From Eledone cirrhosa (Eukaryota), in NCBI GenBank assembly GCA_964016885.1, contig OZ024741.1, forward strand, positions 62,000,001-62,064,000: a stretch of DNA of 64,000 bases, given 5' to 3'. The notes beneath the pieces are model-generated. The model was given only the letters and a program-made list of their open reading frames with translations. It had not been told where the DNA came from and made no database searches. Positions within the stretch are counted from its first letter, which is position 1. The number at the start of each line of letters is the position of its first letter. Position numbers and translations under genes: made by a program. Below, in pieces: positions 1 to 14,070 of the stretch.

Positions 1-266
1 ACTCTGCAGAACTAACATCAAGGATACCATCCATGTCCTCAGCAGCTGTCCAAAGATGTCATCGCGGTACTATCTACCTATGAGGCATGATGTAGTGGCC
101 AAAACACTGTACAATTCAGTTCGTAAAAAAGATAGCCCCGAAAATAAACACATTAAAAGCTACAACAATGTGGAAGACATCCATATACATAATATGAAAG
201 AGTACTGGTGGAATGTTCCAGTAAAAACCCCAATAAAATGCAGGCATAACAGACCAGATATTATGA
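1..266 (+). mobile_element. Fragment of R4/Dong-type REL LINE (CCHC knuckle to start of REL endonuclease)
   Basis: Translation CR..IHVLSSCPKMSSRYYLPMRHDVVAK...HNRPDIMI matches the CCHC, RHD and RPD motifs also seen in the LINE at 60215-61343. Confidence 0.75.
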
Positions 267-414
267 TAGAGATCGCTACCCGCTTGTATTCACGTTATTC
301 GATCACCAAATCAAAGTTATAAACAGTCAATTCATCGGAGCTTGTGTGAATTGACTGGTTATAACTTTTTATTGGTGATCGAATATCGTGAAAACAAGCG
401 AGTAGCGATCTCTA
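267..414. repeat. ~148-bp near-perfect fold-back hairpin (MITE-like or palindromic insertion)
   Basis: tagagatcgctacccgcttg... is the reverse complement of ...caagcgagtagcgatctcta; short central loop; TA at both ends. Confidence 0.7.
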
Positions 415-661
415 AACCTACCAGTTCAGAGAATCAATTGTCGGCAATGAGATTAAAAACCTTTTTTGTATAGCAAACCGTGTCACTCTTCTTTCGTGAT
501 ATATATAAAATAACAGGTTAAAGTTTAAGCAAATAATCGTTGCTTTCACCCTTAACGGGATCTTCTGAAACTAACAAAGTTAATCTATAAACGCAGAACT
601 GGATATTTCAAAAAACGTTGCAACCGGAGGAAGACAGGAAGACGATACTTTGGTTCATGGT

Positions 662-931
662 GACGTTCGCGGGCAAAGAACGGGAAAAAACGAATAATAT
701 GTCATTAATAGGAGCGGTGAAAAACAATTACGCGCAAAGACAGAACCACGTTTATGGTATAAAAGAAGTCGTAGACTAATGTTCTCTTAGGTGGTGCATA
801 GAGACGTTCTCTGGCAATGAACGAAAAAACGAAGATAATACGTCATATGTGGAGCGTGGAGAACAATAGCACGCAAAGACAAAACCACGTAAATGGTATA
901 GCAGAAGTCGTAGACTAAAATTCTAACTAGG
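662..931. repeat. Diverged ~141-bp tandem duplication
   Basis: gacgttc...cgcaaagaca.aaccacgt..atggtata..agaagtcgtagactaa occurs from 662 and again from 803. Confidence 0.7.
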
Positions 932-1486
932 AGACTAATGAATCTCCGCTACAGAGTTAAGAACAAGTAAATAAATACAATACAGAAGTAATAGAAATAA
1001 ATAAATACATACACGCAAACAAATACGTACATACACAAGCATACGCAAAACCTTACCATAGGTATACAAAACCACGCACATATAAATATCTGTGTGTGTG
1101 TATGCGCGTATACAAATAAATAAATAATTATATAAACGTATATAAATAAATACGTATATAACAAGCGCACACACATACCTACATATAAATACACGAATGT
1201 TCGGAGTCAGCCAAAACATGAAGTACACATATACACACACCCACCATACGTACGAACCCGCATACTCACACAGACGCAAAACTCCCGTATACACATAGCC
1301 AAACAATATGTACCAGAATATATAAAATTATACGCCAAAACAATCAAATATACGTATGAGAAGGTATACGTACCTTCACAAAAGAAACGGGTAATACATA
1401 CTTACCTATGCAAATAAGTAAAGGAATAAACAAAACATATACTTAGCTCCCACATCAAGACGTAAAATATCCACGTATAGATCGTA

Positions 1487-1840
1487 CTATTCTTTAGGGT
1501 ATAAAGTGGGGCTGTAATACAGGACATTTTTGTGCAATTTATGTTTACAAGCCGAAATTGCCTCAGATTTGTTGTTTAAGATGTGGTCTGTGGCGTAGAG
1601 TATTTCCAGGGCCTCAGCGGCGCAGAGGTCACGTGGTCTTTTATTTCCGTTATACGATCTAGCCCTAGCTAGGATCTCCCAGTGTAACTTATATTGGGTG
1701 TGGTTGTCTTTTAGACTCCAGATATAAGCTGAAAGTGACGTCATATTCCTTCTTAGAGGGTAACGAAAAGAATGGTTATGCATGTAAAGTCGTTGCTTGA
1801 AACTGTTGGCGGTTAACTCTATGTAGGCCCTACGGGACGT
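1487..1840 (-). mobile_element. PLE GIY-YIG endonuclease C-terminal fragment (family distinct from 1946-7772)
   Basis: YIELTANSFKQRLYMHNHSF...TSLSAYIWSLK...WEILARA..Y...DLCAAE...LNNKSE...CKH fits the PLE endonuclease C-terminus pattern. Confidence 0.7.
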
Positions 1841-1894
1841 GGGTGTTACAACCTTACATTTGTAGTTGGATTTTAGTCTTCAAATTTATTATTA

Positions 1895-1945
<51 letters not shown>

Positions 1946-1951
<6 letters not shown>

Positions 1952-4236
1952 ATACTTGGGGAGGGTCATATTTGTGTAATATTGCCAGAATTAATAACAG
2001 AACACACACACTGTTTGATTGGTTTTCGCTTCTCGCTTCTGTGTCTTTTATATCGGTAATCTAATTTATTCAGTCCTCAATGTTGCCATTGACTGACCAA
2101 CGGTAAAAAATAATACAGATACAATATAGACACAAACACATATATATAGTTTATCAAAGTTCTTTCGTTGCACATCTGCAACATCGTCAGTGGTGCTATT
2201 GTTTCCTCCCGTTACATTGTATGTCTACGCCATTTTTATTTAGTCTGTCTATATATTTATTTATTTATTTGTTTCTTTGTTTATTTTATTTTGTCTTCTT
2301 TGCGCATGCGTTTGCGTGTGTGTATAGTGTTTTGTTTGATGTGTGTTCATGATTGGGTGACTGTGTATGGGTTAATGTATTCTATCTTTACTAGTGTGTG
2401 TTTATATGTGTTTGTTGTTATTGTGCTTGTGTATGTATTTATTTATTTATTTATTTATTTATTTATACTTCTCCTAGGTCAGTGTTGTTTGTTAGGGTGT
2501 TGTTGTTATTCCATTGATTCTTTCTGTTTAGTCTTGGCCTTCTAAGTTCTATTTCACTAGCCTCTCTGATTTGCCTATCTGCTGGGTCATTTCTATGTTT
2601 AGATATTATTCTAATTTCTATGTTGTCTATGTTACCGTCGTGTTGTTGTCTGGCATGTTTGTATAGTACTGACCCGTTTTTTCGTCCTTTTAGTTCCCCC
2701 AGTGTTGGTCTATCCTTTCACCTATGCTACGAGCTGTCTCGCCTATGTATGTTGTTGTCATGTTTCTGCAAGTACCCTCTGTACATCTTATGCTATAGAC
2801 TACGTTTCTAGTTTTACAGTTTATCCGGGGGTTTACCTTACATATGATACATTTCCTATTAGTACAATGGGTTTTCTTAAAAGGGTAGGTTTTGCTGATC
2901 AGGGATTTTATGGTGGTTCCTGGCTTTTCTACCACCTTAATCTTTAAGTGGGTCTTTCTGAGGGCCTTTCTACACTGGTTAGCTAATTTCCCTCCAGGGG
3001 TAGCTTCCACAAACATGACACTCTGGTATCTCTGGTTGTCGTACCATGAGCTGGCTTTCCCTATCTTATGTCTAGCCCTATCTAAGGTATTTCATGATTT
3101 GCTTCTGTATAATGGGCAAATTCCTTTCATGTCCAGTTCTATGAGGCTCTTATACTTCTCCATGGCTCCTTCGTATACTCAGACTCTGTCTCTTTGGTTG
3201 TAGCCAGAGAACTGCATGTGGTTAATGAAGTGTTTGATGTGTCTTTCTATTTCTGTTGGGTCGCACATGCGGGACACATTCTTCATCACTCGTACCAAAT
3301 CTGCGATCAGAATATTAAACTTAGCACTACTGGACATTGCTGAGTTTTTGAGTATCAGGTATTTGGAGGCCGTGGGTTTAGCATAGTGTGAGTGGAGAAT
3401 GTGGGCTCTCTCGTCTATAGTGTTAATCCAGAGTTCCGTGTCTAATACAGGTAGTCTATTGTTAGGGTGTTTGGAAGGGTAGTCGATAGTTACAGTTATA
3501 CTCTGGTGTATGGAATTAGCTATCTGTTGGATGATTTCTATTGTGCTACGTTCTAAATCAAACTTGTTAGTGCTCTCTTGTGGGGATGTTCTTATAACTA
3601 TATTGATATCGTCTACGTAACGAGAGTACATGATGAGGTCTATGGAGCTCTCATTAGGGAGATCTTTAAGTCTCCTTTCCCACTATACCATAAAAGGGTT
3701 GGCAACATCACCAGCTATGCTGACGCCAATGGCTGCTCCCTCATTTTGGGTGTAGATCTTCTCGTTGAACTTGAATATGTGACCCTTTAGGGTAGTTTTG
3801 ATACTAGCCCCTATTGCATGTGCAACCATTTTTCTTACCTGATCATTGTTTTGGGGAGTCAGTATAGCTTTGGTCCACCCAATCCACCTTCCCATCGGAG
3901 TCTTTTTTGCCATTGAGGTTATGGTGGGGGGTCTACCTCTTATGGGTCTACTAGGGCAGAAACGTATAAGGTCATGGCTGTCTAGGTAGTCAGTGTCGTA
4001 GGTAAGTCTAAGTAGGAGGCCCAGTTCGTCTGTGTCGACGTCGCAGAACTCCACCTCACTCTCAATGATCATCTCCACATTTTTCCACAGCAAAATCAAT
4101 GTTAATGGATGGGTACAGTGATACCACATCCATGCTGCCTATTATGCAGTTGGATAGGTTCCTGTTTTTGTTGCACTCACTGATTCTGCTGAGGAGGTCC
4201 TCTGTACTGCCACATACATCTGGGGACATCTTGATA
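1946..4236 (-). mobile_element. Penelope-like element, inverted 5'-truncated arm
   Basis: Reverse complement of ~5425-7730; RT motifs (GAAIGVSIAG, YSRYVDD) and GIY-YIG (VVYSIRC...YIGET); abuts (TA)n. Confidence 0.92.
2146..2199 (-). ncRNA. Hammerhead-like ribozyme in PLE 3' region (pLTR)
   Basis: ATAG-CACCA CTGACGA T GTTGCA gatg TGCAAC GAAA GAAC TT TGAT AAA CTAT: intact core and 6-bp stem II, but weak stem III and a CUU triplet. Confidence 0.6.
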
Positions 4237-4294
4237 TATAAACAATAACTCTGAGTATAGAAATAACAGCCATAATAATAACAATAGCAGGAGA

Positions 4295-7150
4295 GTGAGG
4301 AATAGTAATAATGGTAATAATACTAACGATAGACAGAACAACAACAACCACAATAATAATAATAATATAAACATTAACCACAGACACAGCAGCAGCGACC
4401 ACAGTTGTAATAACGGTAACAATACGAACAACAACAACCACAGTGGTAATAATGGAAATAATACATGTAGCAACATTAATGATAGACACAACAAAAACAA
4501 GAAACATAATAAAAGTAACAACCACAATGGTAGAAATAACAGTAACAACAACAATAACGGTGAAGTAAACAACAATCACAGCAACAATACATCTAGCAAT
4601 CATAACAACAATACATCTAACAATCACAGCAACAATACACCTAGCAATCATAACAACAATACATCTAACAATCACAGCAACAATACATCTAGCACATATA
4701 ACAATAATAATAATGCTAATGATAGGAACAACAACAACCACCATGATAACAATAATAGCAACACACACAACTATGACGATAGATATAATGACAACCCCTT
4801 AGAGAAACTATTTTTCAACCCAGCTGACAAAACATATAAGATGGGTAATATCTATTCTACGAGGTTACCCTTTAATAAAAGAGTTTGCATACCACAACAA
4901 ATAGATAACGAGACAGAGCCACAGTTCACCATAGCTAGAAATAAGATTAGACAAATAGTAGACCGGTAAACTAAGAGACAGAGCAGACCAGAGGCCCAAC
5001 AACTTGGGAGGAAACCTGTAGAAGGCTTGGTTAACCTCAAGCAGCGCACAAGGGATGGTGAGGTAGTATGTCTACCCACGGATAAGTCTGGTAGGATGTC
5101 AATAGATAGCATGTCGAACTACATCAAGGCTATGCAACCCCACATCACCAACACGAGCGAAATTGCACAGCAAACACATGATGGGAGAGAGAAAATCCTC
5201 AACGCTCACATGATGATGTGGACTGACATCCTAAAGCCAAGCAGACGCACTGCCAACAACTTCCAGGCGTCTAACAATGGCATACCACCCTTGTATGGGC
5301 TCCGCAAAAACCACAAGACAGTCGACGACCCGACAACAGGACCACCAACAAGACCCGTATGCGGAGCTAATATAGCTAGCAACTACAGGATCTCCTACAT
5401 CCTCTCAATGGTTATACGCCCCATATTCAAGATGTCCCCAGATGTGTGTGATAGTACAGAGGACCTCCTCAGCAGAATCAGTGAGTGCAACAAAAACAGG
5501 AACCTATCCAACTGCATAATAGGCAGCATGGATGTGGTATCACTGTACCCATCCATTAACATTGATTGTACTGTAGAAAAATGTGTGGAGATGATCATTG
5601 AGAGTGAGGTGGAGTTCTGTGACGTCGACACAGACGAACTGGGCCTCCTACTTAGACTTACCTACGACACTGACTACCTAGACAGCCATGACCTTAGACG
5701 TTTCTGCCCTAATAGACCCATAAGAGGTAGAACCCCCACCATAACCTCAATGGCAAAAAAGACTCCCATGGGAAGGTGGATTGGGTGGACCAAAGCTTCA
5801 CGGACCCCTCAAAACAATGATCATGTAAGAAAAATGGTCGCACATGCAATAGGGGCTAGTATCAAAACTACCCTAAAGGGCCACATATTCAAGTTCAACG
5901 AGAAGATCTACACCCAAAATGAGGGAGCAGCCATTGGCGTCAGCATAGCTGGTGATGTTGCCAATCTTTTTATGGTATAGTGGGAAAGGAGACTTAAAGA
6001 TCTCCTTAATGAGAGCTCCATAGACCTCATCATGTACTCTCGTTACGTAGACGATATCAATATAGTTATAAGAACATCCCCGCTAGAGAGCACTAACAAG
6101 TTTGATTTAGAACGTAGCACAGTGGAAAGCATCCAGCAGATAGCTAATTCCATACACCAGAGTATAACTGTAACTATCGACTACCCTTCCAAACACCCTA
6201 ACAATAGACTACCTGTATTAGACACGGAACTCTGGATTAACACTATAGACGAGAGAGCCCAAATTCTCCACTCACACTATGCTAAACCCATGGCCTCCAA
6301 ATACCTGATACTCAAAAACTCAGCAATGTCCAGTAGTGCTAAGTTTAATATTCTGATCGTAGATTTGGTACGAGTGATGAAGAATATGTCCCGCATGTGC
6401 GACCCAACAGAAATGGAAAGACACATCCAACACTTCATCAACCGCATGCAGTTATCTGGCTACAACCAAAGAGACAGAGTCAGAGTATACGAAGGGGCCA
6501 TGGAGAAGTATAAGAACCTCATAGAACTGAACATGAAAGGAATTTGCCCATTATGCAGGAGCAAATCATGGAATAGCTTAGATAGGGCTAGACATAAGAT
6601 AGTGAAAGCCACCTCATGATACGACAACCAGAGATACCAGAGTGTCATGTTTGTGGACGCTACCCCTGGAGGGAAATTAGCTAACCAGTGTAGAAAGGCC
6701 CTCAGAAAGACCCACTTAAAGATTAAGGTGGTAGAAAAGCCAGGAACCACCATAAAATCCCTGATCACTAAAACCTACCCTTTTAAGAAAACCCACTGTA
6801 CTAATAGGAAATGTATCATATGTAAGGTAAACCCCCGGATAACTGTAAAACTAGAAACGTAGTCTATAGCATAAGATGTACAGAGGGTACTTGCAGAAAC
6901 ATGACAACAACATACATAGGCGAGACAGCTCGTAGCATAGGTGAAAGGATAGACCAACACTGGGGGAACTAAAAGGACGAAAAAACGGGTCAGTACTATA
7001 CGAACATGCCAGACAACAACACGACAGTAACATAGACAACATAGAAATTAGAATAATATCTAAACATAGAAATGACCCAGCAGATAGGCAAATCAGAGAG
7101 GCCAGTGAAATATAACTTAGAAGGCCAAGACTAAACAGAAAGAATGAATG
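4295..7150 (+). pseudogene. Disrupted PLE RT-endonuclease ORF
   Basis: ORF pieces 4295-4969, 5027-5980, 6032-6619 and 6647-6862 are in one frame, split by TAA/TAG/TGA; frameshifts near 6845 and 6965. Confidence 0.85.
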
Positions 7151-7474
7151 GAATAACAACAACACCCTAACAAACAACACTGACCTAAGAGAAGTATAAA
7201 TAAGTAAATAAATAAATAGATAAATAAATAAATGAATACATACACAAGCACAATAACAACAAACACATATAAACACACACTAGTAAAGATATAATACATT
7301 AACCCATACACAGTCACCCAATCACGAACACACATCAAATAAAACACTATACACACTCGCAAACGCATGCGCAAAGAAGACAAAATAAAATAGACAAACA
7401 AACAAATAAATAAATAAATATATAGACAGCCTAAATAAAAATGACCTAGAGATACAATGTAACGGGAGGAAACA

Positions 7475-7528
7475 ATAGCACCACTGACGATGTTGCAGAT
7501 GTGCAACTAAAGAACTTTGATAAACTAT
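7475..7528 (+). ncRNA. Degenerate hammerhead-like motif in PLE pLTR
   Basis: Same as 2146-2199 but GAAA is mutated to TAAA. Confidence 0.5.
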
Positions 7529-7769
7529 ATATATGTGTTTGTGTCTATATTGTATCTGTATCATTTTTGACCGTCGGTCAGTCAATGGCAACATTGAGGA
7601 CCGAATAAATTAGATTACCGATATAAAAGACACAGAAGCGAAAAGCGAAAACCAACCAAACAGTGAGTGTGTTCTGTTATTAATTCTGGCAATATTACAC
7701 AAATATGACCCTCCCCAAGTATAACAATATTTGTTTCGACACACGATTTCATATAAAAAAATCTCGCAA

Positions 7770-8161
<392 letters not shown>

Positions 8162-8241
8162 CATCGGTAACATCGGTAGGGGTACTCCTACATCGATATA
8201 AAGTACTGAAGTAACTCGAAAACGAGTTGGCAACCACCATA

Positions 8242-8300
<59 letters not shown>

Positions 8301-8495
8301 TCTCTCGCATACACCTGCCCTTCTCCATAGTTATAGATATATGGGGGGAGGAGTGTGTGTATGAGAGAGAGTATGCATTTGTGTGTATGACTGAGTGTAT
8401 GTAAGTATAAATACATATATGTGTGTGTGTGTCTGCGTTTGTGTGTGTCTCTGTCTATGTTTATGTATATGCGAGTATACATATATATATATATA

Positions 8496-8630
8496 TACGT
8501 GTGTGTTACAATGTCGATACGTGTGTTTATGTCTATGTTACAATGTGGATACGTGTGTTTACATTTGTGTTACAATGTCGATACGTGTGTTTATGTTTGT
8601 GTTACAATGTGGATACGTGTGTTTATGTTT
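8496..8630. repeat. 32-bp minisatellite, ~4 copies, with alternating gtcgat/gtggat variants
   Basis: gttacaatgtSgatacgtgtgttta... repeated. Confidence 0.8.
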
Positions 8631-9650
8631 TAATATATTAGCTTTCGTTAGTTTCCGTTTGACATTTTACCCTATTTTGTTGTTTTATTTAGTACTATTT
8701 TATTCGTTTCTCTCTTTTCGTCCATTTTGATTTGGTTTTTGTCTACTTTGTTTTTATGTGGTCTGCTGAAGTATTGAAAGAGGTCGTTATCTTTTGATTT
8801 TATTCAATAAGTTGGAGACAGAAAACTTCGCATTATTTATATAAATATATTTGAAAGAAAGTAGAGCAGTACCATATACTAATCGATGAATCGATTAAAT
8901 ACGTATAGTCGGTAGTGAAGATTGAACTTCTGCCCTTGGAATTGGAAAACATTTTAATTTATGACCTGTCATATTTCTATTAAAATACTTTCTTCTTCTT
9001 CTTCTTCTTCTTCTTCTTCTTCACCTTCGTATTTTCTCTGCTCCTCCATTGTTTGTAAAAAATGTTTTATTCCTTTCTTCTCGTCAAATCAGTGCGCCTC
9101 AGTAACCTTTTCTTCTTTCATTTGCAGTTTATTCCATTCTGTTTTGATTTTGTTTTGTTTCACATCTATCACTGTAATCATTTCTAACGTAGAAACTAGA
9201 CATATTTGTTGTTCTTTTACGCAGAAAATGAAACTAAGGAAAAATGGATTAAATGATGTGTTCACGTACAATAAAATAAATGTTTATCACCATTGGCACA
9301 AAGAATAACAAAAAGAGTAGATAATTTTTAATACCATAACATCGTTTAAAAACGTTAATCAACATAACCAGTGTTATGAATAAGTATGTTTTGTGAGTAA
9401 AGGTGAACGTAAAATCAAACCCTGGTTATATAAATTTATGGAAAATGTTTTTGAAAAATTACATTTATGTTGCCATTATTCCAGAACATCGTTTAAAGGC
9501 ATTAATAAAAATTCAATAGAATGCCTAAAAAGTGCATGGGAGATAGGAATTTCAAAGTATATTTTTTACTATCGAGAAAAGAATCAGAACACAAAAATTA
9601 TCAAAATGTAATAGTTGTGAATATTTCCGGTGCTTAACTAGTTGGAACCA

Positions 9651-9721
9651 GTCGCTTTAGTATAATGGAACATAGCATACCGGCATTAAGACATATGTGA
9701 GTTCGAGTCCCATAATCGGTG
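9651..9721 (+). pseudogene. tRNA-derived sequence (SINE head or tRNA pseudogene)
   Basis: A-box-like TAGTATAATGG and B-box GTTCGAGTCC at tRNA-like spacing; cloverleaf incomplete. Confidence 0.5.
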
Positions 9722-9968
9722 TTCGTTTCATGAGCAGGGGTTTCGTCCAATAGAATACTCATCCAATAGAATACTCATCGCTGAAACCGATGGAGGTGCA
9801 TAGATCGATGGACTAATTCAACAACAATTTGACCGAAATTTCGAGAACAATAATAACAAAAACAAAGTAAAATAAGTACAATTATTAGTGTCAAATGTCA
9901 AGATAGAAACATATTTCAATTCAAACATAATTCCATCCACAGCTTACATAAAGGAAAGCTTACACACA

Positions 9969-10073
<105 letters not shown>

Positions 10074-10118
10074 CGTAAAATAAGAAAATTATAAAATTAA
10101 CTTACTTACTATAAAATC

Positions 10119-10202
10119 ACTTCCAACTAATTAGTTTCTGGAATGGAGTAAATATATTTTCCGAAGAAACATATTCAAAAATCATTCCGTCATCAGGAAA
10201 GT
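10119..10202 (-). ncRNA. Type I hammerhead ribozyme in a small TA-embedded element (10068-10226)
   Basis: ACTTTC CTGATGA C GGAATG...CATTCC A GAAA CTAATTAG TT GGAAGT; palindromic stem III, GUU triplet. Confidence 0.75.
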
Positions 10203-10222
10203 CTTTTTCCTAGATATAAATT

Positions 10223-10273
<51 letters not shown>

Positions 10274-10277
<4 letters not shown>

Positions 10278-10656
10278 TGTATGTATAGTAAAAACATTTA
10301 GAAGACCATACGCTATCAGTTTTAAAGTAGTGACTATGTCACTTACTTCTTTTCGCCGAAAGAAGAGAGAGAAGTTGACTGTTCACACTGGTTGGCGTTC
10401 ATCAGAGCCACGCACTCCCCTGCTTCCGCCGAAAACAATAGAAGCTGGATTCTTATAGAATTCCAGTAATAATCAGGAGCTGATTATACAGAGCGATTGC
10501 CGGTCCAGCGTGAAACAGACTGCTAGCTTCTCTCCCTTCTTTCGTCGAAAAGAAGTAAGTGACATAGTCACAACCTTAAAACTGATAGCGTTTGGTCTTC
10601 TAAATGTTTTTAATTAAACATACTGTATATTGCCAAATATACTATACATACATTCA
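10274..10656. mobile_element. Palindromic non-coding insertion next to (TA)n (arms ~10274-10391 and ~10505-10656)
   Basis: Arms are reverse complements; only decayed hammerhead-like remnants (CTGATGA ACGC..GTGT GAA on the minus strand). Confidence 0.65.
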
Positions 10657-10847
10657 AGTATACATCGCTATTTCAGAGCACCAATCCTAATACTTAATTT
10701 TTGCTGTGTGTGTGTGTGAGTTTCTGATATAGACACAAGGCAAAAGATTTTGAAGGAGTAGAAAGTCGATTTAATCGACCTCACTGCGTTAATGATACTT
10801 TAAATCCGAAGTGAAACTCAGATAATGCGTATCTTTATATTGGCAAC

Positions 10848-10981
<134 letters not shown>

Positions 10982-11254
10982 ATATATAATTCTACCAGGA
11001 CTTATGACTAGCTGATTATATGCTGCTTTCCCAGCAGATTGACATCTCTTGTAATTGGCCTTATATAGGTGGACATGTCTTTGAAATACCAGTTGATATA
11101 TGTTCATAACAGTTTATACTCTGCTGTAAGTGTATACAGCAGTTAGAGAAAAAAATGTCATTTGACCGGTTTAATCCCGCTGTATTCAGTTTACAGAGAA
11201 GCTGTACACATATTTAGATGATTTTAACGTCTACATGGTATGTGTAGACATTAT

Positions 11255-11400
11255 CTGTTTCATGGTATTCCTTCCGGCTCTCACGCTCTGAGTTCAAATT
11301 GCGCCGTGATTAATTTTGCCTTTCAGAGTTTCGAGATCGATAAAGATAATAGCTGTCCAGTACTGGTGTGGTTTATTCCAATATCACTCTTTCTCAAGAT
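11255..11400 (+). mobile_element. tRNA-derived SINE, decayed
   Basis: ctgagttcaaat...tttgcctttca...tcgataaa...ccagtactgg shared with the 37655, 38275 and 43039 copies. Confidence 0.6.
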
Positions 11401-13044
11401 CTCTCTCTTGCTCGTTATTTCTGATTCACTAGAAGAAATCGGGTGTATATAGACCTGATGAATGGTGTAAGTCCAAAACAGTTTTAAGTGTCATATATCA
11501 CAACTCTCCTTCGATTCCGTCAAGAGATCATTGCTCATGGCATAGAATATTGTAAGATACAGTGATGAGGTCTTAATTGAGAAGCCATTATATATGCATG
11601 TTATGACGAATGGGTGTTCTGTAGGAGAGGAAGATTATATACATAGTTTCTATTTAATTTTCTTCATGGCGACCGTTTAAGATTCTTAACACTTTCATTA
11701 CTATTTTTCTCATAATAGATATTTTTTGAAATAACCAAGAATTTGAAGAGATTTAGTAATATTACTATTTTTCTAAATATTAAGCTGGTATTTGAAAGAT
11801 AAAATCTCTCACAAAGATTTCAGATTGTAGTTTTTTTAGATAAATATAAATACTTATAAAAATCAAAACCATTTTGTATCGTTGAACCAGAGTCAGTTTC
11901 GGTCGATTTGGTATCAAAAGGGTTAAGGAAGTGAGGTTTTAGAATTTCCTGTTTCTACTAAGATCATAAAGTAGCTACATGTCTTGAACTAGTGTCACAG
12001 ATTCTATTAATCGACGCCTTACCATCGATTGGCAGCAATATCTATTCTTTACAGATTGTAAAAAGATTCTAATTACTGAATAGATTTATGATCACAAAAG
12101 AAAGAAACTACCAAGAATATATTCAAATTAGACTTCTCTCTGCATTGTATTTATTATATTTATTGAACACATCAAATAATATAAAACTTTTCTCTGGATA
12201 GAGAATGGCCTTAGTAACATTATTATATTAATATATATGATAATTATTACAATAAATCAGCAACGACATCAGATCTGTAAAGCTCTAATTATAATGTATG
12301 TGTGACCTCTCCCCTTTTGCATTACTTTATAAGATTTAAATATAAGATTTCTGGTCAAATGTACCTATTCCCTAGTCTAAAGAAAGGGGTTTCAGAAACT
12401 ACTTTATTTCAAATATATTATTTGCCATTTCACAATTGAAAATGTAGTCCCTAAATTGGACAGACCATTATTTTCATATTGTATACTTTAGTAGCAATTT
12501 TGAACTAATACCATTACTGTGGTGCTATTTAATTTCATAAACAATTGAGCAATTGTGCTGTGTTTGGTAAAATACTGTCCAAGTATCCTGTCTGTTTATG
12601 ACCCAATTCTTTCAGCAATAAATATTATTATGTGTAAGACGGACTTATAGCTCATTTCTATATTCAATTATATGTATAATGTTATCATACATACAGCCCC
12701 GTTATACATTAAATTGCCGATCCCTACATTTCCCAAAATGCCAATTTCAAATTAAGAGTATTCTTTACTAAATCAACCCAAGTATATTACTGCTATATAT
12801 ATTATAGATTATGGGAATAGTGTCGGCTTTTTAATTTGAACAGATAACGTAGAGTATCATAGATAAATACAAATCATTTCCTCAAACGTTTTATGAAATC
12901 TGGCAGCCTGCTTCTTTATGTTTGAGAATTAACTTCAATGACATTGCTTCGTGTCAAAAGTGTGGTGGTGAAAGCGAGACATACCGATAGACACACAAAC
13001 AGGGACAGATACAGAGAGATAAAGATAGATAGTTAAACAGAGGA

Positions 13045-13200
13045 GAAATCGACTCTAGTGTTTGATTGGTGTTTTATTTATCGACCCCGAAATGATTAAA
13101 GACAAAGTTGGCTTCATCCGTATTTAAATGCAGAGTGCGGGACCGGAATTAAATACCACAAGTATATTATCCGTCACCCTAATAGCCCTGCCAATTCGCC
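13045..13200 (-). mobile_element. tRNA-derived SINE, decayed
   Basis: tttatcgaccccgaaa..at.aaag.caaagt is the reverse complement of the SINE core. Confidence 0.6.
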
Positions 13201-13849
13201 GACTTTTATGTTGTTGTTGATGATGATGTCGTTGTTATTGTTGCTCTTACTGCTGCCGTTGTTCTATTATATATTTATAGATTGTATTTTTATTGTGAAA
13301 GTTTCTCTACACGGTGTTATTATTGTTGTTGTTATTGTTTTTGCTGTTATTTTTGCTGTTATTGTCAGTTATATTGTTGCCATTTTTGTTGCCCTACTTT
13401 TGTTGTTGTCGTTGTTGTTGTTTTCGTTGCTATTGTTTTTTTATACTGATGCTATTGTTGCTGTTGTTTTTATTGTTGTTGTTATCGGTCCTGGGATAAA
13501 AATAAATATATGAAAACAGGAAAAAATGTTTATCACATAAAATAATAAATATTCATAAAAACTACGTTGATATTTTTTTCATGCATTTAACATTTTTTTC
13601 TATTAATTCTACTTCCTGTTTCATGTTTTATTCAAAGTTCTGCATGATTGGTTATTAAAGTAAATTGTTGTTGAAAATAGACGCTAAATAGATTGTTGTC
13701 ATAGCAACACAAATACAGATCCAAAAATAAATTAACAATACCAAAGAAACAAGAAATAACGATAAAAGTCGATAGCGAAACAATATCGAATTAATAAAGA
13801 GCTTTGGGAAAAACGCTAGATACATTTCTAAATTAGAAAAGCTAAGAGA

Positions 13850-14070
13850 AGACTATATGTCCTCCATGTTACGATGTGTGCAAACTTCCGTTTGAGAAAT
13901 GTTGATAATCAAATTGTTATAAGCCAACGATATTTAGCTTGGGTTCGATAGCAAAAAGGTTTAGCTGTCTTCAATGGCAAGTACACGAAAATACTTAAAG
14001 AAACCACTGACTATTTCGTTTTTGTGCCGATTGCCATTGAGACATGCGTTATTCTTGATTACTGGACTGT
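13850..14070 (+). mobile_element. Decayed REL-endonuclease LINE 3' fragment
   Basis: GKYTKI...FVFVPIAIET resembles the REL C-terminal K.Y...FVP.A.ET motif. Confidence 0.4.

Noticed and set aside
535-575. Minus-strand CAGAAGA-CCC..GGG-GAAA motif in the PLE 3' region
   Set aside because: Core is mutated and there is no UH or stem I; cannot be supported
6617-6619. In-frame TGA as selenocysteine (Naiad-type selenoprotein)
   Set aside because: Homologous arms have TGG (Trp) at this position
11445-11500. CTGATGA-TGG..CCA-AAAC hammerhead
   Set aside because: GAAA is missing and stems I and III are unconvincing; at best a remnant
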